This document shows positions 49,469 to 60,724 of a DNA stretch of 64,000 nucleotides, in pieces (the stretch's first letter is position 1; every line of letters begins with the position of its first letter). The stretch comes from Verrucomicrobiota bacterium (lineage in GTDB: Bacteria; Verrucomicrobiota; Lentisphaeria; Lentisphaerales; Lentisphaeraceae), in the NCBI GenBank assembly GCA_039798785.1, contig JBDKFG010000011.1, forward strand, positions 20,600 through 84,599, written 5' to 3'. Made by a program: the position numbers and the translations under genes. Under the pieces are notes generated by a model. That model saw only the letters and a list, made by a program, of their open reading frames with translations. It was not told the origin of the DNA and did no database searches.

Positions 49469-49759
49469 TCACTTGAGGTTCTGAAGGGCTTGCTGCACCT
49501 GCTCGCGCTGAGCGGCTTCAGCCTTGGCGGCTTCGGCGCCCTGGGCCGCTGCGGCAGCCTTGGCGCTCTCGATCCGGTACTTCTCGTCCGCTTCCTTGTC
49601 GCGCTTGGCGATGAAGGCGCGGTCGAAGACGTAAAGGGCGATCATCGTGACGATGATGAAGCCGACGGTGGCCAAGGCGACGACGTAGACTGCCGGGGTG
49701 TTCGGCTGGTCTTCTTGGAACTTGCCGCCGGCAAGCAGCTTGTTGGGGTCGTAACTCAT
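49469..49759 (-). CDS. Small single-TM protein in the ActG position
   Basis: 96 aa between actF and sco. Confidence 0.55.
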   Translation of the reverse strand: MSYDPNKLLAGGKFQEDQPNTPAVYVVALATVGFIIVTMIALYVFDRAFIAKRDKEADEKYRIESAKAAAAAQGAEAAKAEAAQREQVQQALQNLK

Positions 49760-49773
49760 TGCGTGGGGACCTC

Positions 49774-51057
49774 TCAGTAGTTTTCGAATTTCAAGCTTTC
49801 CTGGAGGCGGGGATCGCCGACGGATACCAGGTTGCGGCCGGAAAGGGTGAACAAGAACGCCGCGACCGACATCGTCAAGAGGCCGACGATGACAAGTATG
49901 TCAGCGGCTTGCACCGAGAAGGCGCCGGCGGCGTGAGGCACTGGGTAGCCCATGGTCGGCATGATTTCCCAGAAGAGGTGGACGATGGCCATCAGGACGG
50001 CGAAGACCGAGACCAGGACGGTGACGAACTGGTTGCGCTTCATGTGGCGGGACATGAGGAGGAAGAAGATGACGAAGAAGTGGCCGAACAGGGTGATCCA
50101 ACCGAGGAGGCCCCAGCCATCGTCAGCGTGGCGGTGGTACCAGACGGTTTCTTCGGGGATGTCGGCGAACCAGATGATGATGAACTGGGCGTAGCTGACG
50201 AAGGCGAAGAAGGTGTTGAAGGCGAAGAGCCACTTGGCGAGGTCGTGCTTGTGCTCGACGTTGACGGCGCCCTTCATCAGACCCTTGCCCTGGAAAACGG
50301 CGATGCTGATGATCATCAGCGAGGCGATCAGGACCATCGAGTCGGCGAAGTGGATGACGCCGAAGATGGTGGAGTACCAGTCGAACTGGAGAGACATGAC
50401 CCAGTCGAAGCAGGCGAAGGTGAGGGTGAGGCCGAGGAGGGGGACGCCGGGGGCGCTGAGGGTGCCGATGAAGGTGGTGTGCTTGGCGGCATCTTCCTTG
50501 TTGGCGCCGTCGGTGGCGAAGGAGCGGCGGAGGATGAGGGCGGCGAGGATGACCCAGGCGACCAGGTAGAAGGCGGAGCGGGCGAGCCAGGAGGACTCGT
50601 TGAGCCAGAAGGCCTTTTTCTCCGACATGTGGTGGACGTGAGCGGCGAGGCGGTCCGCGTCGGGGATGTTGCCGGCGTTCTTGACCGCGGCGGCGCCGAA
50701 TCCGTCCATCCAGGCGTAGAGGTGGCCGCCCTTGGCGAGCAGGACGAGGGGGATGAAGAGCAGCACGAGGAGGAAGAGCGAGCTGATCCAGCCTTCGGCG
50801 ATGCGGCGCGAGCTGACCGACCAGCCGGCACGGCTGAGCTGCTGCAGCATGACGAACATCAGGGCGCCGGTGCCGATGAGGGCGACCAGCATGAAGCCGA
50901 CGAGGTAGGCGTGGGCGAAGCGGGTTTCGCTCGACTTGGTGAACCAGGCGCCGGCGGCGAGGCCGGCTCCGACCAGGCCGAGAAGGATCGACAGGCCCTT
51001 CCACGAGGCGGGAGCCTGGGCGGTGGCGGGATCAAAGGGGATTTTGGGGCTTTCCAT
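49774..51057 (-). CDS. actF: Alternative complex III subunit F
   Basis: AGWSV..RRIAE, K.FWLN, DWVMSL..DWYSTIFG, QFIIIWFADIPEET. Confidence 0.9.
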   Translation of the reverse strand: MESPKIPFDPATAQAPASWKGLSILLGLVGAGLAAGAWFTKSSETRFAHAYLVGFMLVALIGTGALMFVMLQQLSRAGWSVSSRRIAEGWISSLFLLVLLFIPLVLLAKGGHLYAWMDGFGAAAVKNAGNIPDADRLAAHVHHMSEKKAFWLNESSWLARSAFYLVAWVILAALILRRSFATDGANKEDAAKHTTFIGTLSAPGVPLLGLTLTFACFDWVMSLQFDWYSTIFGVIHFADSMVLIASLMIISIAVFQGKGLMKGAVNVEHKHDLAKWLFAFNTFFAFVSYAQFIIIWFADIPEETVWYHRHADDGWGLLGWITLFGHFFVIFFLLMSRHMKRNQFVTVLVSVFAVLMAIVHLFWEIMPTMGYPVPHAAGAFSVQAADILVIVGLLTMSVAAFLFTLSGRNLVSVGDPRLQESLKFENY

Positions 51058-51066
51058 GAGGGGATC

Positions 51067-51978
51067 TCACTTCAGGGTCTTGAGGTATTCGACCAAGTCT
51101 TTGACCTGGGCGTCGGTGAGCGGCAGCGGCGGCATGGCGGGCGGGAAGCCCTCGGCGATTTTTGCGCCGGGATTGCGGACCGACTCGGCGATGAAGGCTT
51201 CGTCAGCCACGGCGCTGCTGCCGTCGGCGAACTTGCGGGTGCTGCCCATGATGCCGTGCAGGCTCGGGCCGACGAGGCGGATGCCGGCGGCGGTCGAGTG
51301 GCAAGGAAGACAAGAGGCGTAGAGCGCCTTGCCGCGTTCCGCATCGGGGGCGGCGCCGGCGGCGACTTCGACCTTCTTGACCAGGGTCTGCTGGAGGAAG
51401 AGGACGTAGGCGGTGACGGCCCAGCGGTCGCTGACGTTCAGCTCGGCGTCGAACTTGCGCATGTTGCCGTTGTTGACGCCGTTCTTGATCGCGGCGTAGA
51501 TCTGGCCGGGGCTGAGGCGGGCGGCGGTGAGCGGGTCGATCAGGTTGGCGACGCCGGGGTAGCCTTTCTGGGCGACGATGCCGTTGCCGGCGCCGAGCTC
51601 ACCGTGGCAGGGTATGCAGGAGATGTTGAAACGGCTCTTGCCGCGTTCGAGGAAGGCCTTCATATCGCCCTTGAAGCCAAGGGAATCGAGGGAGGGGACT
51701 GCCTTGACCCAGTTGCCGGCGGCGTCCTTGCCTTCGGCGACGGCGAGGTCGGCGATGAAGGAGCCGTGGGCGACGGTACCTGCGACCGGGGTGCGCGAAG
51801 TGCGGCCGTCTTCGAAGAATTTCGACTGCGACTGCGCCTTGTATTTTTCCTGCGTGTCCATGTTCGGGTTGATATGGACGGGAGGCTGGCGGGAGACATC
51901 GCCAGGCTTGCAGGAAGCGAGGGCGGCGGCGGCGATGCCGGCGGCGGCGAGCGGCTTAATCAGTGACGACAGTGACAT
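51067..51978 (-). CDS. actE: Alternative complex III subunit E, di-heme lipoprotein cytochrome c
   Basis: Lipobox LASC, NMDTQEKYKAQ..S.FFEDG..R.PVAGTV, CIPCH and CLPCH. Confidence 0.88.
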   Translation of the reverse strand: MSLSSLIKPLAAAGIAAAALASCKPGDVSRQPPVHINPNMDTQEKYKAQSQSKFFEDGRTSRTPVAGTVAHGSFIADLAVAEGKDAAGNWVKAVPSLDSLGFKGDMKAFLERGKSRFNISCIPCHGELGAGNGIVAQKGYPGVANLIDPLTAARLSPGQIYAAIKNGVNNGNMRKFDAELNVSDRWAVTAYVLFLQQTLVKKVEVAAGAAPDAERGKALYASCLPCHSTAAGIRLVGPSLHGIMGSTRKFADGSSAVADEAFIAESVRNPGAKIAEGFPPAMPPLPLTDAQVKDLVEYLKTLK

Positions 51979-52497
51979 CTTGGCCTCCGATCTGGGCGAG
52001 GAAATCGCGGGTCTTGCGTTGGTCGAACTGGGGGTCGGCGGCGGAGACGACGAGGAAGAACTGGTCGTCGCTGGCGCGGTTGAAGCCCTTGACCTTGTGC
52101 AGGGGCGAGTAGTACTTGGGGAAGTCGTTCAGGACCATGAAGCCGCCGAGGGTGGCGAAGGCGCAGAGCAGGATGGTGACGCAGAAGACGACGACGAACC
52201 AGGCCGGGGTGGAGTGCAGCAGGCCGGGCTTGCCCGAGATGATCATCGGATAGTCGAGCGTGGTCCAGTACTGGAAGTACCAGGCGCCGAGGCATCCGGC
52301 AGTGCCGCCGAGGAGGGAGATCCAGGGGAGCGGCGTGGCCTTGACGCCGATGGCCTTTTCGATCCCGTGGATGGGGAAGGGCGAGTGGACGTCGATCTTC
52401 TTGTAGCCCTGAGCCCGGACTTTTTCGGCCGCGGCAAGGATGTCGGTGGGGTTGTCAAAGCGCGAGACGAGGCCCCAGACTTTTTCGTTGGTGGACA

Positions 52498-52498
<1 letters not shown>
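51956..52498 (-). CDS. actD: Alternative complex III subunit D (DUF3341)
   Basis: DVHSPFPIHG, DYPMIISGKP, ASDDQFFL. Confidence 0.9.
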
Positions 52499-53879
<1,381 letters not shown>

Positions 53880-53880
<1 letters not shown>

Positions 53881-56800
53881 TAGTGGTGACCCTTATGCTC
53901 GTGAGCTTCTGCCTTGACCAGAGACGCCGCCGGGTTGCTGAGGCGGGCGAGGAAGCTGGTGCGGGGCTGGACGTTGAGTCCGGGGAGGAGGGTGTAGTTG
54001 CGGACGTCGGCGCGCTTGGCGGAGACGGCGCTCTTGGCGTCGTTTTTATCGCCGAAGGTGATCGCCTGGGTGGGGCAGGCTTCCGCGCAGGCGGTGGTGA
54101 AGCTGTCGGTGGCGAGCTTTTCGCCGGCGACCTTGGCGTCGATCTTGGCTTCGCTGATCCGCTGGGTGCAGTAGGTGCACTTCTCGATGACGCCGCGCGA
54201 GCGCACGGTGACGTTCGGGTTGTAGACCATCTTCTTGACTTCGAAGCGTGGGGCCTTGAACTCTTCCTGGGGGGCGAAGAAGTTGAAGCGGCGGACCTTG
54301 AAGGGGCAGTTGTTGGCGCAGTAGCGGGTGCCGATGCAGCGGTTGTAGGCCATGTCGTTGAGGCCTTCCGGCGAGTGCTGGGTGGCGGCGACGGGGCAGA
54401 CCTGTTCGCAGGGGGCCATCTGGCAGTGCTGGCAGCCGATCGGCTGGTGGTAGGCTTCGACGGCGACGTCGTATTTGGCGCTGAGCTCGGCGTCGCTGAG
54501 GCTTTCAGGCTGGTTCTTGAGCCAGCGTTCGTCGGCGTAGAAGTAGCGGTCGAGGCGGATCCAGTGCATCTCGCGGCCGTTGTGGACTTCAGCCTTGCCG
54601 ACGACGGAGATGTTGTTTTCAGCCTGGCAGGCGATCGAGCAGGTGCCGCAGCCGGTGCAGGCGTTCAGGTCGATGACCATCGCCCACTGGTGGCTGCCGG
54701 GTTTATCCCACTCGGGGCGACCGGGGAAGAGCGAGGCGGTGACCGGGTTCTCCTTCTCGCGGGCGAAGAGCGGATCGTGCTGGAATTCGCTGACGCTGGC
54801 AGTCTTGACCAGATCGCGGTCTTCCATCGCCCAGTGCTCCTGGGTGCTGGCGGGACCTTCACGGCCTTCGAGGACCTTGCCGGTCTTGGCAACGCTGTCG
54901 GCCTTGGCCGAGAAGAGCGAGCCGCTGCGGCGGAGGGGGTAGACGTTGACGCCGACGGGGGCGGCAGCGATGCCGGTGTTGACCGGGTAGTTGGCGACTT
55001 CCGAGCCTTTTTCGCCGCGGCCGACGTGGCCGACGATGGTGCGGCCGTAGCCGAGGGCGAGGACGACGACGCCATCGGCGATGCCGGGGACGGGCCAGAC
55101 CGGCAGTTCGGCGGCGACGCCAGCGACCTTGATCGAGAGGACGTCGGTCTGGTCGGTGCCGTTGCTGCGGCGGTGGCCGGCGCCGAGTTTGCGGGCGGTG
55201 GCCATGCTGACCAGGGCGGCGTTGTCCCAGGCGATCTTGGTGATCGGCTCGGGCAGTTCCTGCAGCCAGGCGTTGTTGGCGTAGCGTCCGTCGAGCATCT
55301 TGGCGTCGGGGACGAAGACGACTTCGAATTCCGCCGGCTCGCCGGCCTTGAGGCTGGCAAGGACCTTGCCGCAACCGAGCAGGTCGGGGACCAGCGCGAG
55401 CGGGGCGACGGGACCGGAGAACTGGCCCTTGGAGAGGACCGCCTCGAAGTCGCGGCCCTGGAGGCCGTGGGTGGCCTTGAGGAGATCATGGCCTTTGACC
55501 TTGCCGAGACCGGCGAGGCGGGCGAGCAGCTCGTTGCTGGTCAGGCCGTCGAAGAGCGGTGCGATCAGGGGTTGGATGACCGAGACGGAGCCGTCGGAGC
55601 AGCGGGTGTCGCCCCAGCTTTCCAGCCAGTGGGCGGCGGGAACGGCGATCGCGGCTTTTTCCGAGGTCTCGTTGTAGTCGTGGGTGAGGTGGATGGTCTT
55701 GGCCTTGGCGACGAGATCGGCGAAGCCGAGTTCGGCGGGGGCGTCGTAGGCGGGATTGCCGCCGAGGATGACGAGCTGGGTGATCCGGCCCGACTTGATC
55801 CCTTCGGCCAGCTCGGCGATCGAGCTGCCGAGCAGCTTGTCGGCCTTGGCGGCGGCGGGGACGATGCTGAGGCTGCCGTTGGCGAAGGCGCCGAGAGCGC
55901 TGTTGATCAAGAGGGCGAGGACCTGGACGTTGACCGGCTGCGACTCACCGCAGAGGATGACGCTGCGGCGGCCCTTGAGGGTGTTGCTGGCCAGTTCGGC
56001 GGCGAGGGCCTCGATGGCGGCGGCGTAGGTGACATCCTTGGCGCTGAGATCGTCGAGCTTGAGCTTGCTGTCGAAGGCCGGCAGAGTCAGTCCTTTCAAG
56101 GGGCCGCTGGCGAGCTTCTGGGCGACCAGGACGAGGACGTCGCCGATCTGCGAGGGCTTGACCCGGAGGCGGTGGTCGGCGTTGCTGCCAGTGAGGCTGA
56201 AGTTGGCTTCGACCGACCAGAGGCGGTTGAGATCGGTCTTGCCGGCGTCCTCTTTACTGGAGCCGAGCTTGCGTCGCTCGGCCCAGCCGCGGACCAGCTC
56301 AAGGCTGTCGCGATAGGAGGGGCTCATGAAGTCGGCGTCGAGGGAGACAATGGTGTCGACCTTGCTGAGATCGACGCGGAGACGGGCGTCGGGAGCGGCG
56401 GCGCCACGGAAGAGGCGGAGGGCTTCGGCCGAGTTGTCGTCATTGAGAGCTTCCCAGAAGGCGAAGGAGGCCTTGGGGAGGTTTTCCTTGACTTCGGTGC
56501 GGAGGCGCTCTTCGGTGGGCGAGGTGACCGGGGCGGAGAGGATGGCGAGCGAGGAGCCGCCGTTCTTCTTGGCTTCGGTCGTGAAGGCTTCGAGTTCCTT
56601 GTCGAACTTGAGGAAGCTCTGGCGCAGCTCGAGTCGGTATTTCGCGGTCATGCCCTCGGCGTCGCTGGCGGCGGCGACGCCGTGGAAGCGGACCTGCTGC
56701 AGGCGATCGGGGTCGTAGAGGTCGAGCAGGTCGGCCTGGGCGAAGGAGTCGCTGGCGCCTTTCGACACCGAGCCCGGATGCCCATCGATCTTGGTGGGGC

Positions 56801-57116
56801 GGCCGTCGGTGGACTTGACCAGGACGCCGAGCGAACCGCGGCTGCGGGGGATGGCAGAGGCGTAGAAGTTGGACTTGCCGGGGATCAGGCCTTCGGGAGC
56901 GCTGGCGTAGGGCAGGATCTTCTCTTCGGGGCGGCGGCAGGAGGCGGCGCCGGCAAGGGCCATCGAGGCAGCCATGATCTGCATGAAGCCGCGGCGACTG
57001 AAGCCGGAGGCTTCGCTCGCACCCTCGGGGAATTCTCGGCTGGCGTCGGAGACGGCGGCTCCGGCTTCCATGGCCTGGGCGCTACGCCAAAGCGTGCGCT
57101 CGTTGTCGTGACTCAT
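53880..57116 (-). CDS. actB: Alternative complex III subunit B (Tat; molybdopterin-oxidoreductase-like plus 4Fe-4S domains)
   Basis: SRRGFM Tat signal plus AASC, GRPTKIDG, CTGCGTC, CQHC..APCEQVCP, NRCIGTRYC; ATGA overlap with actA. Confidence 0.93.
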
Positions 57117-57907
57117 CTGTGGCATGAGCTGCAGTCCTTATCCTTGGGCGGGTTCAGTTTCGAAGAGTGCTGCTCGATGTGCTGCTTCTTGGCGGCCTCG
57201 TCAGGGAAGCTCCAGCCCAGGTCGAAGACCTTGTCGGCCGGGCGGGTGCCGTAGAGCTTGCTTTCGTCGCGGTGGCAGTCGAGGCAGAACTTCATCGAGA
57301 AGGACTTCTGCTGGCCGACTTCGGCCATCTGGTCGACGCGTCCGTGACACTCGACGCAGGAGACGCCCTGCTTGACGTGAACGGCATGGTTGAAGTAGAC
57401 GTAGTCGGGAAGCTTGTGGACGCGCACCCACTCCACCGGCTTGACCTGGCCGCCGCCGAGGTGATCAGGGTTGGCGATCGTCTTGCTGCCCGCCTGGAGA
57501 TCGGGATTGTTGTCGGACTTGATCTTGACCGGTACGGTGATCTCGGATTTGTACTTGTTCAGCAGGGGAGCCAGCTTGGGATTGACAATCTTCTCATCCT
57601 TCTTCTCAGGATTGACGATCTCGGTCTTGATCTTCTGGTGGCAGCCCATGCAGACGTCCATCGCCGGGATGGTGGAATGCTGCGAGCGCTCGACGTTGGT
57701 GTGGCAATAGCGGCAGTCGAGCTTCAACTGGCCGACATGGAACTCGTGCGAGAAGGGGATCGGCTGGATCGGGGTGTAGCCGACCACCAGGTTGTCATCG
57801 GAGAAATAAGTGTTGACGACGAAGACGACGGTCAGGAAGCCGCCAATAGTGGCGACAGCCACGACTTCTCTCATCCGGTCAACCCATTTGGGGAAGATGT
57901 TGCTCAA
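57113..57907 (-). CDS. actA: Alternative complex III subunit A, pentaheme cytochrome c
   Basis: QPIPFSH; five CxxCH motifs (CRYCH, CMGCH, CVECH, CLDCH, CSSCH); TTG start. Confidence 0.93.
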   Translation of the reverse strand: MSNIFPKWVDRMREVVAVATIGGFLTVVFVVNTYFSDDNLVVGYTPIQPIPFSHEFHVGQLKLDCRYCHTNVERSQHSTIPAMDVCMGCHQKIKTEIVNPEKKDEKIVNPKLAPLLNKYKSEITVPVKIKSDNNPDLQAGSKTIANPDHLGGGQVKPVEWVRVHKLPDYVYFNHAVHVKQGVSCVECHGRVDQMAEVGQQKSFSMKFCLDCHRDESKLYGTRPADKVFDLGWSFPDEAAKKQHIEQHSSKLNPPKDKDCSSCHR

Positions 57908-57938
57908 GGGGATCCTCGGCTGGGCTAGGGTTCAAAAA

Positions 57939-57957
57939 TTTTTTCACGGTGAAAAAA
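57939..57957. promoter_or_regulatory. Palindromic operator candidate upstream of actA
   Basis: TTTTTTCAC-G-GTGAAAAAA, a perfect 9-1-9 inverted repeat. Confidence 0.4.
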
Positions 57958-58186
57958 CCGCCCGGAATGTAGCGGATTCGGACGCCTTTTCAAAGCCCTT
58001 CCGATTTTTCTCTGCTTTCGGATGCCTCATCGCAAGTCGCACAAGTGCAATCGGATGAGAGGAGATGAGATGCTATCTTAAAAAAATTTCATCCGGACTG
58101 GGACAGTGTCCATCCACTTTGATGACAGAAAATCAGAGTGGGCGACCGGGGCTCCGGACGGGAGAAGGCGACCAAGAAAGCTTGCT

Positions 58187-59518
58187 TCAGAGAGTGAATT
58201 TCATACCTCTGACGAGGGCGCCGGGCAGGAGCATCGACGAGGTGGAGCGGCGGAAGTAGGTGCCGGGGTCGATCAGGATTTGGCGTTCGCGGGTCAGAGC
58301 TTCGAGCTTGACGCCGAGGAGGTCAAAGAGCGAGTCGTCGAAACGCATGACATTGACGGGGGCGGCGATCCTGCCTTCTTCGACCCAGAAGCAGGCGAAG
58401 CGGGTCATGCCGGTGATCCGGCAGGCGTTGCGCTCGGAGTAGTTGAGGTACCAGAGGTTATTGAGGTAGAGTCCACGTCCCAGCCGGGCGGCGGCTTCGG
58501 CCATGGGCAGCTCGCCGGCGTCCATGTGCAGGCTGTAGGCTCTCTCATCGCCGTCGGCGCCGTTGGCGACGACCCCGTATTCCTTCGCCGAGCGCGGACT
58601 GACCAGGGCTCCGGCGTCGCGACCGGCGCGGATCAGCGGGATTTGCGGCGGGCGCAGGAAGCCGCGATCCTGAAAGTGTGGAGCGAGGCCGGCGGCGCAG
58701 TTTTCGCTGAGCCCGAGCATCGGATGCATTTGCGCCAGTCCATCCGCCAGGCGCATCAGGCTGGAGCGGCCGGACTTGCGGGCGTCGGCGGAGAACCCGC
58801 CCCAGTTGAGCATGTCCATGAATTCCTGCAGAGCGGCAGGAGCGATGTAGGCATCGTAATCGCCCGGCGGAATGCTGACTGCGGGCCGCCTCATGACTTC
58901 CAGCTCCTCTGCTGAACGGCGCAGCGATTGCCGCAGCTCGTCGGCAATGAAGGCGGAGCCGGCGAGGCAGGCTTTCACCGCCTTGTCGCCGCCGGCATGG
59001 AGTGAGTAGTCGAGATTGAATCCGGAGCTGCGGCGGAGCAGGCTGTGCCCTTGGCTGGAGGCGAAGCCGCTGGCCAGGCCGCCGGCGGCGAGGATGCCGA
59101 CGAAATCGAGCCCGGCGGCTTCATCAAGCAGGGCCGCGGCAATCGCCTCGCCTTCGACTTCGGAGCCGTCGCCGAGCTGCCAGTCCTGCACTGCCGGGCC
59201 GATCTCGGCGAGGAAGGGGTCGGCAGGAATCAGCCGTGCCACTTGGCGCAATTCCGCTGCGGCGGCATGCAACTGCGCCGGCAGATCGCCGGCCGCGCCG
59301 ATCCTCATCGACTTCGAGGCCTCGCGCCCCTCGCGAATCAGAGTCAACTCGAGGTCCTTCTGATCGATCCGCCCCGACTGGCGCAGCACCCCCTGGTTGA
59401 AGCGGGCGAAATAACTGTCTTCGACATGGGTCGAGGCCAGCAGGATCTCCCCCGGGGCGGCGGCCTTTTCCAGCAGCTCAGGCAGAGAGGCGAAGAGGGA
59501 CTTTCGATCTGGACTCAT
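58187..59518 (-). CDS. TldE/PmbA-like subunit
   Basis: ARFNQG, NLWYLNY, TGMTR, VEEGRIAAPVNVMRFDDS; no HExxH motif. Confidence 0.85.
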   Translation of the reverse strand: MSPDRKSLFASLPELLEKAAAPGEILLASTHVEDSYFARFNQGVLRQSGRIDQKDLELTLIREGREASKSMRIGAAGDLPAQLHAAAAELRQVARLIPADPFLAEIGPAVQDWQLGDGSEVEGEAIAAALLDEAAGLDFVGILAAGGLASGFASSQGHSLLRRSSGFNLDYSLHAGGDKAVKACLAGSAFIADELRQSLRRSAEELEVMRRPAVSIPPGDYDAYIAPAALQEFMDMLNWGGFSADARKSGRSSLMRLADGLAQMHPMLGLSENCAAGLAPHFQDRGFLRPPQIPLIRAGRDAGALVSPRSAKEYGVVANGADGDERAYSLHMDAGELPMAEAAARLGRGLYLNNLWYLNYSERNACRITGMTRFACFWVEEGRIAAPVNVMRFDDSLFDLLGVKLEALTRERQILIDPGTYFRRSTSSMLLPGALVRGMKFTL

Positions 59519-59648
59519 GGCGGGGTTCCTCGGTGATGTCCGCCAGTATCGCCGCCAGCTGCCGCTTTGCAAGAGCCCGCCGCTGCGCCGCAACGACAGG
59601 ATAGTTGCTCTCCACGAATCCTCGCGAATCCGCAGTTTCTTTCAGTTG

Positions 59649-59820
59649 CCCGCCGGATCTTCGGCAGGGAGCGGACTTGAACCGCTCTGACAGTCCGCCT
59701 TTCACAGGCGCCCCCCGCTGGGGAAACAGTCCCCGAACTCCCGAGTGTGACCTAGAAGCTCCCGACAAGGAGAGCTTGGGTTTTGCGATCAGCGTGAACT
59801 CCTCGCACCAGTCTTCCTCC
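59649..59820 (-). ncRNA. Candidate structured RNA with a tRNA-like T-arm (class unassigned)
   Basis: GAGCGG-TTCAAGT-CCGCTC T-arm plus at least four further hairpins in a non-coding gap. Confidence 0.5.
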
Positions 59821-59939
59821 GCACGTGATATTTGGTGGGGATGAAATTGTTCCGCCTCGATTCATTGCCAAGACTGGATATTCGGGGATTGCGGATTCAT
59901 ATTTGCCAAAGTTCCCAAATCCTTGCAGGAGAATTCCGC

Positions 59940-60620
59940 ATGAGCGCCCGTCCCGATACCCGCCGCCGTCCCGGAGCCGATGAACGCAGCCAGGAAGAAG
60001 TCGGCTTCACCCGCGGCAATCCCTTGGCCGCCGCCCTCATCGGGCTGGTCATCGGAGCCGTCCTCGGTCTCGGATTCTACCTGGCGATCAAACCCGCCGA
60101 CAAAAAAGCCGCCGGCGACGCGGGCCAGGCCGCCGGCGACGCAGGAACGGCGGCAGGAGGAGCGAGCGCCGTCAAGGCCAAAGCTCAGCAGGTCCGTGCT
60201 AATAATTTCTTCACCATCGACGCTTCCGGAACCGAATCCCCGCTCACCCTTCCCAACCGCTTCGGACCGGAATGGCGTCCCGGCACCAAGGTGGCGATGG
60301 AATTCACCGGCATCGCGCCTCCGGCCCCAGGAGCAGTCGTACGTCTCCGTCTCTTCGCCTTGAACAGCAGCGAGGATGTCAGCACCGTTTCCTGCACGGT
60401 CAAGGACGCGGCGGGAGCGACGCTCGGCAGCGCCAAGCCGAAAAAAGCCGGCGCCTGGTTCGAAGTCCCCCTAAGCAACTTCAATCCCAAGGACGGCAAG
60501 ATCCGAATGGTCCTTTCCTCCGACTCCAGACTTCTTCTCTGCGCTCCTCCCGACAACGCCTTTGTCGGCCGGACCAGCGGCGAAACCTACACCCCCTACA
60601 TCGAGGTCGCCTATCCCTGA
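59940..60620 (+). CDS. Hypothetical single-TM protein with a beta-rich C-terminal domain
   Basis: RBS AGGAG, start MSARPD. Confidence 0.6.
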   Translation: MSARPDTRRRPGADERSQEEVGFTRGNPLAAALIGLVIGAVLGLGFYLAIKPADKKAAGDAGQAAGDAGTAAGGASAVKAKAQQVRANNFFTIDASGTESPLTLPNRFGPEWRPGTKVAMEFTGIAPPAPGAVVRLRLFALNSSEDVSTVSCTVKDAAGATLGSAKPKKAGAWFEVPLSNFNPKDGKIRMVLSSDSRLLLCAPPDNAFVGRTSGETYTPYIEVAYP

Positions 60621-60724
60621 CTTGATGACGGAGGAAAGCTCCGTCGCCACTGGCTCCCTTGCGGCGGCGCGCTAAATTGCGCCCGCCGCAATTCTTTTAC
60701 ACAGAAAAAACACAAGGACTCGCC

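Noticed and set aside
59560..59700. Cobalamin riboswitch, tRNA-Sec or tmRNA reading of the T-loop region
   Set aside because: GCAACTG is present but the GGGAA and B12 box are not; there is no UCA anticodon arm, no GGGG/CCACCA tmRNA ends and no tag frame.
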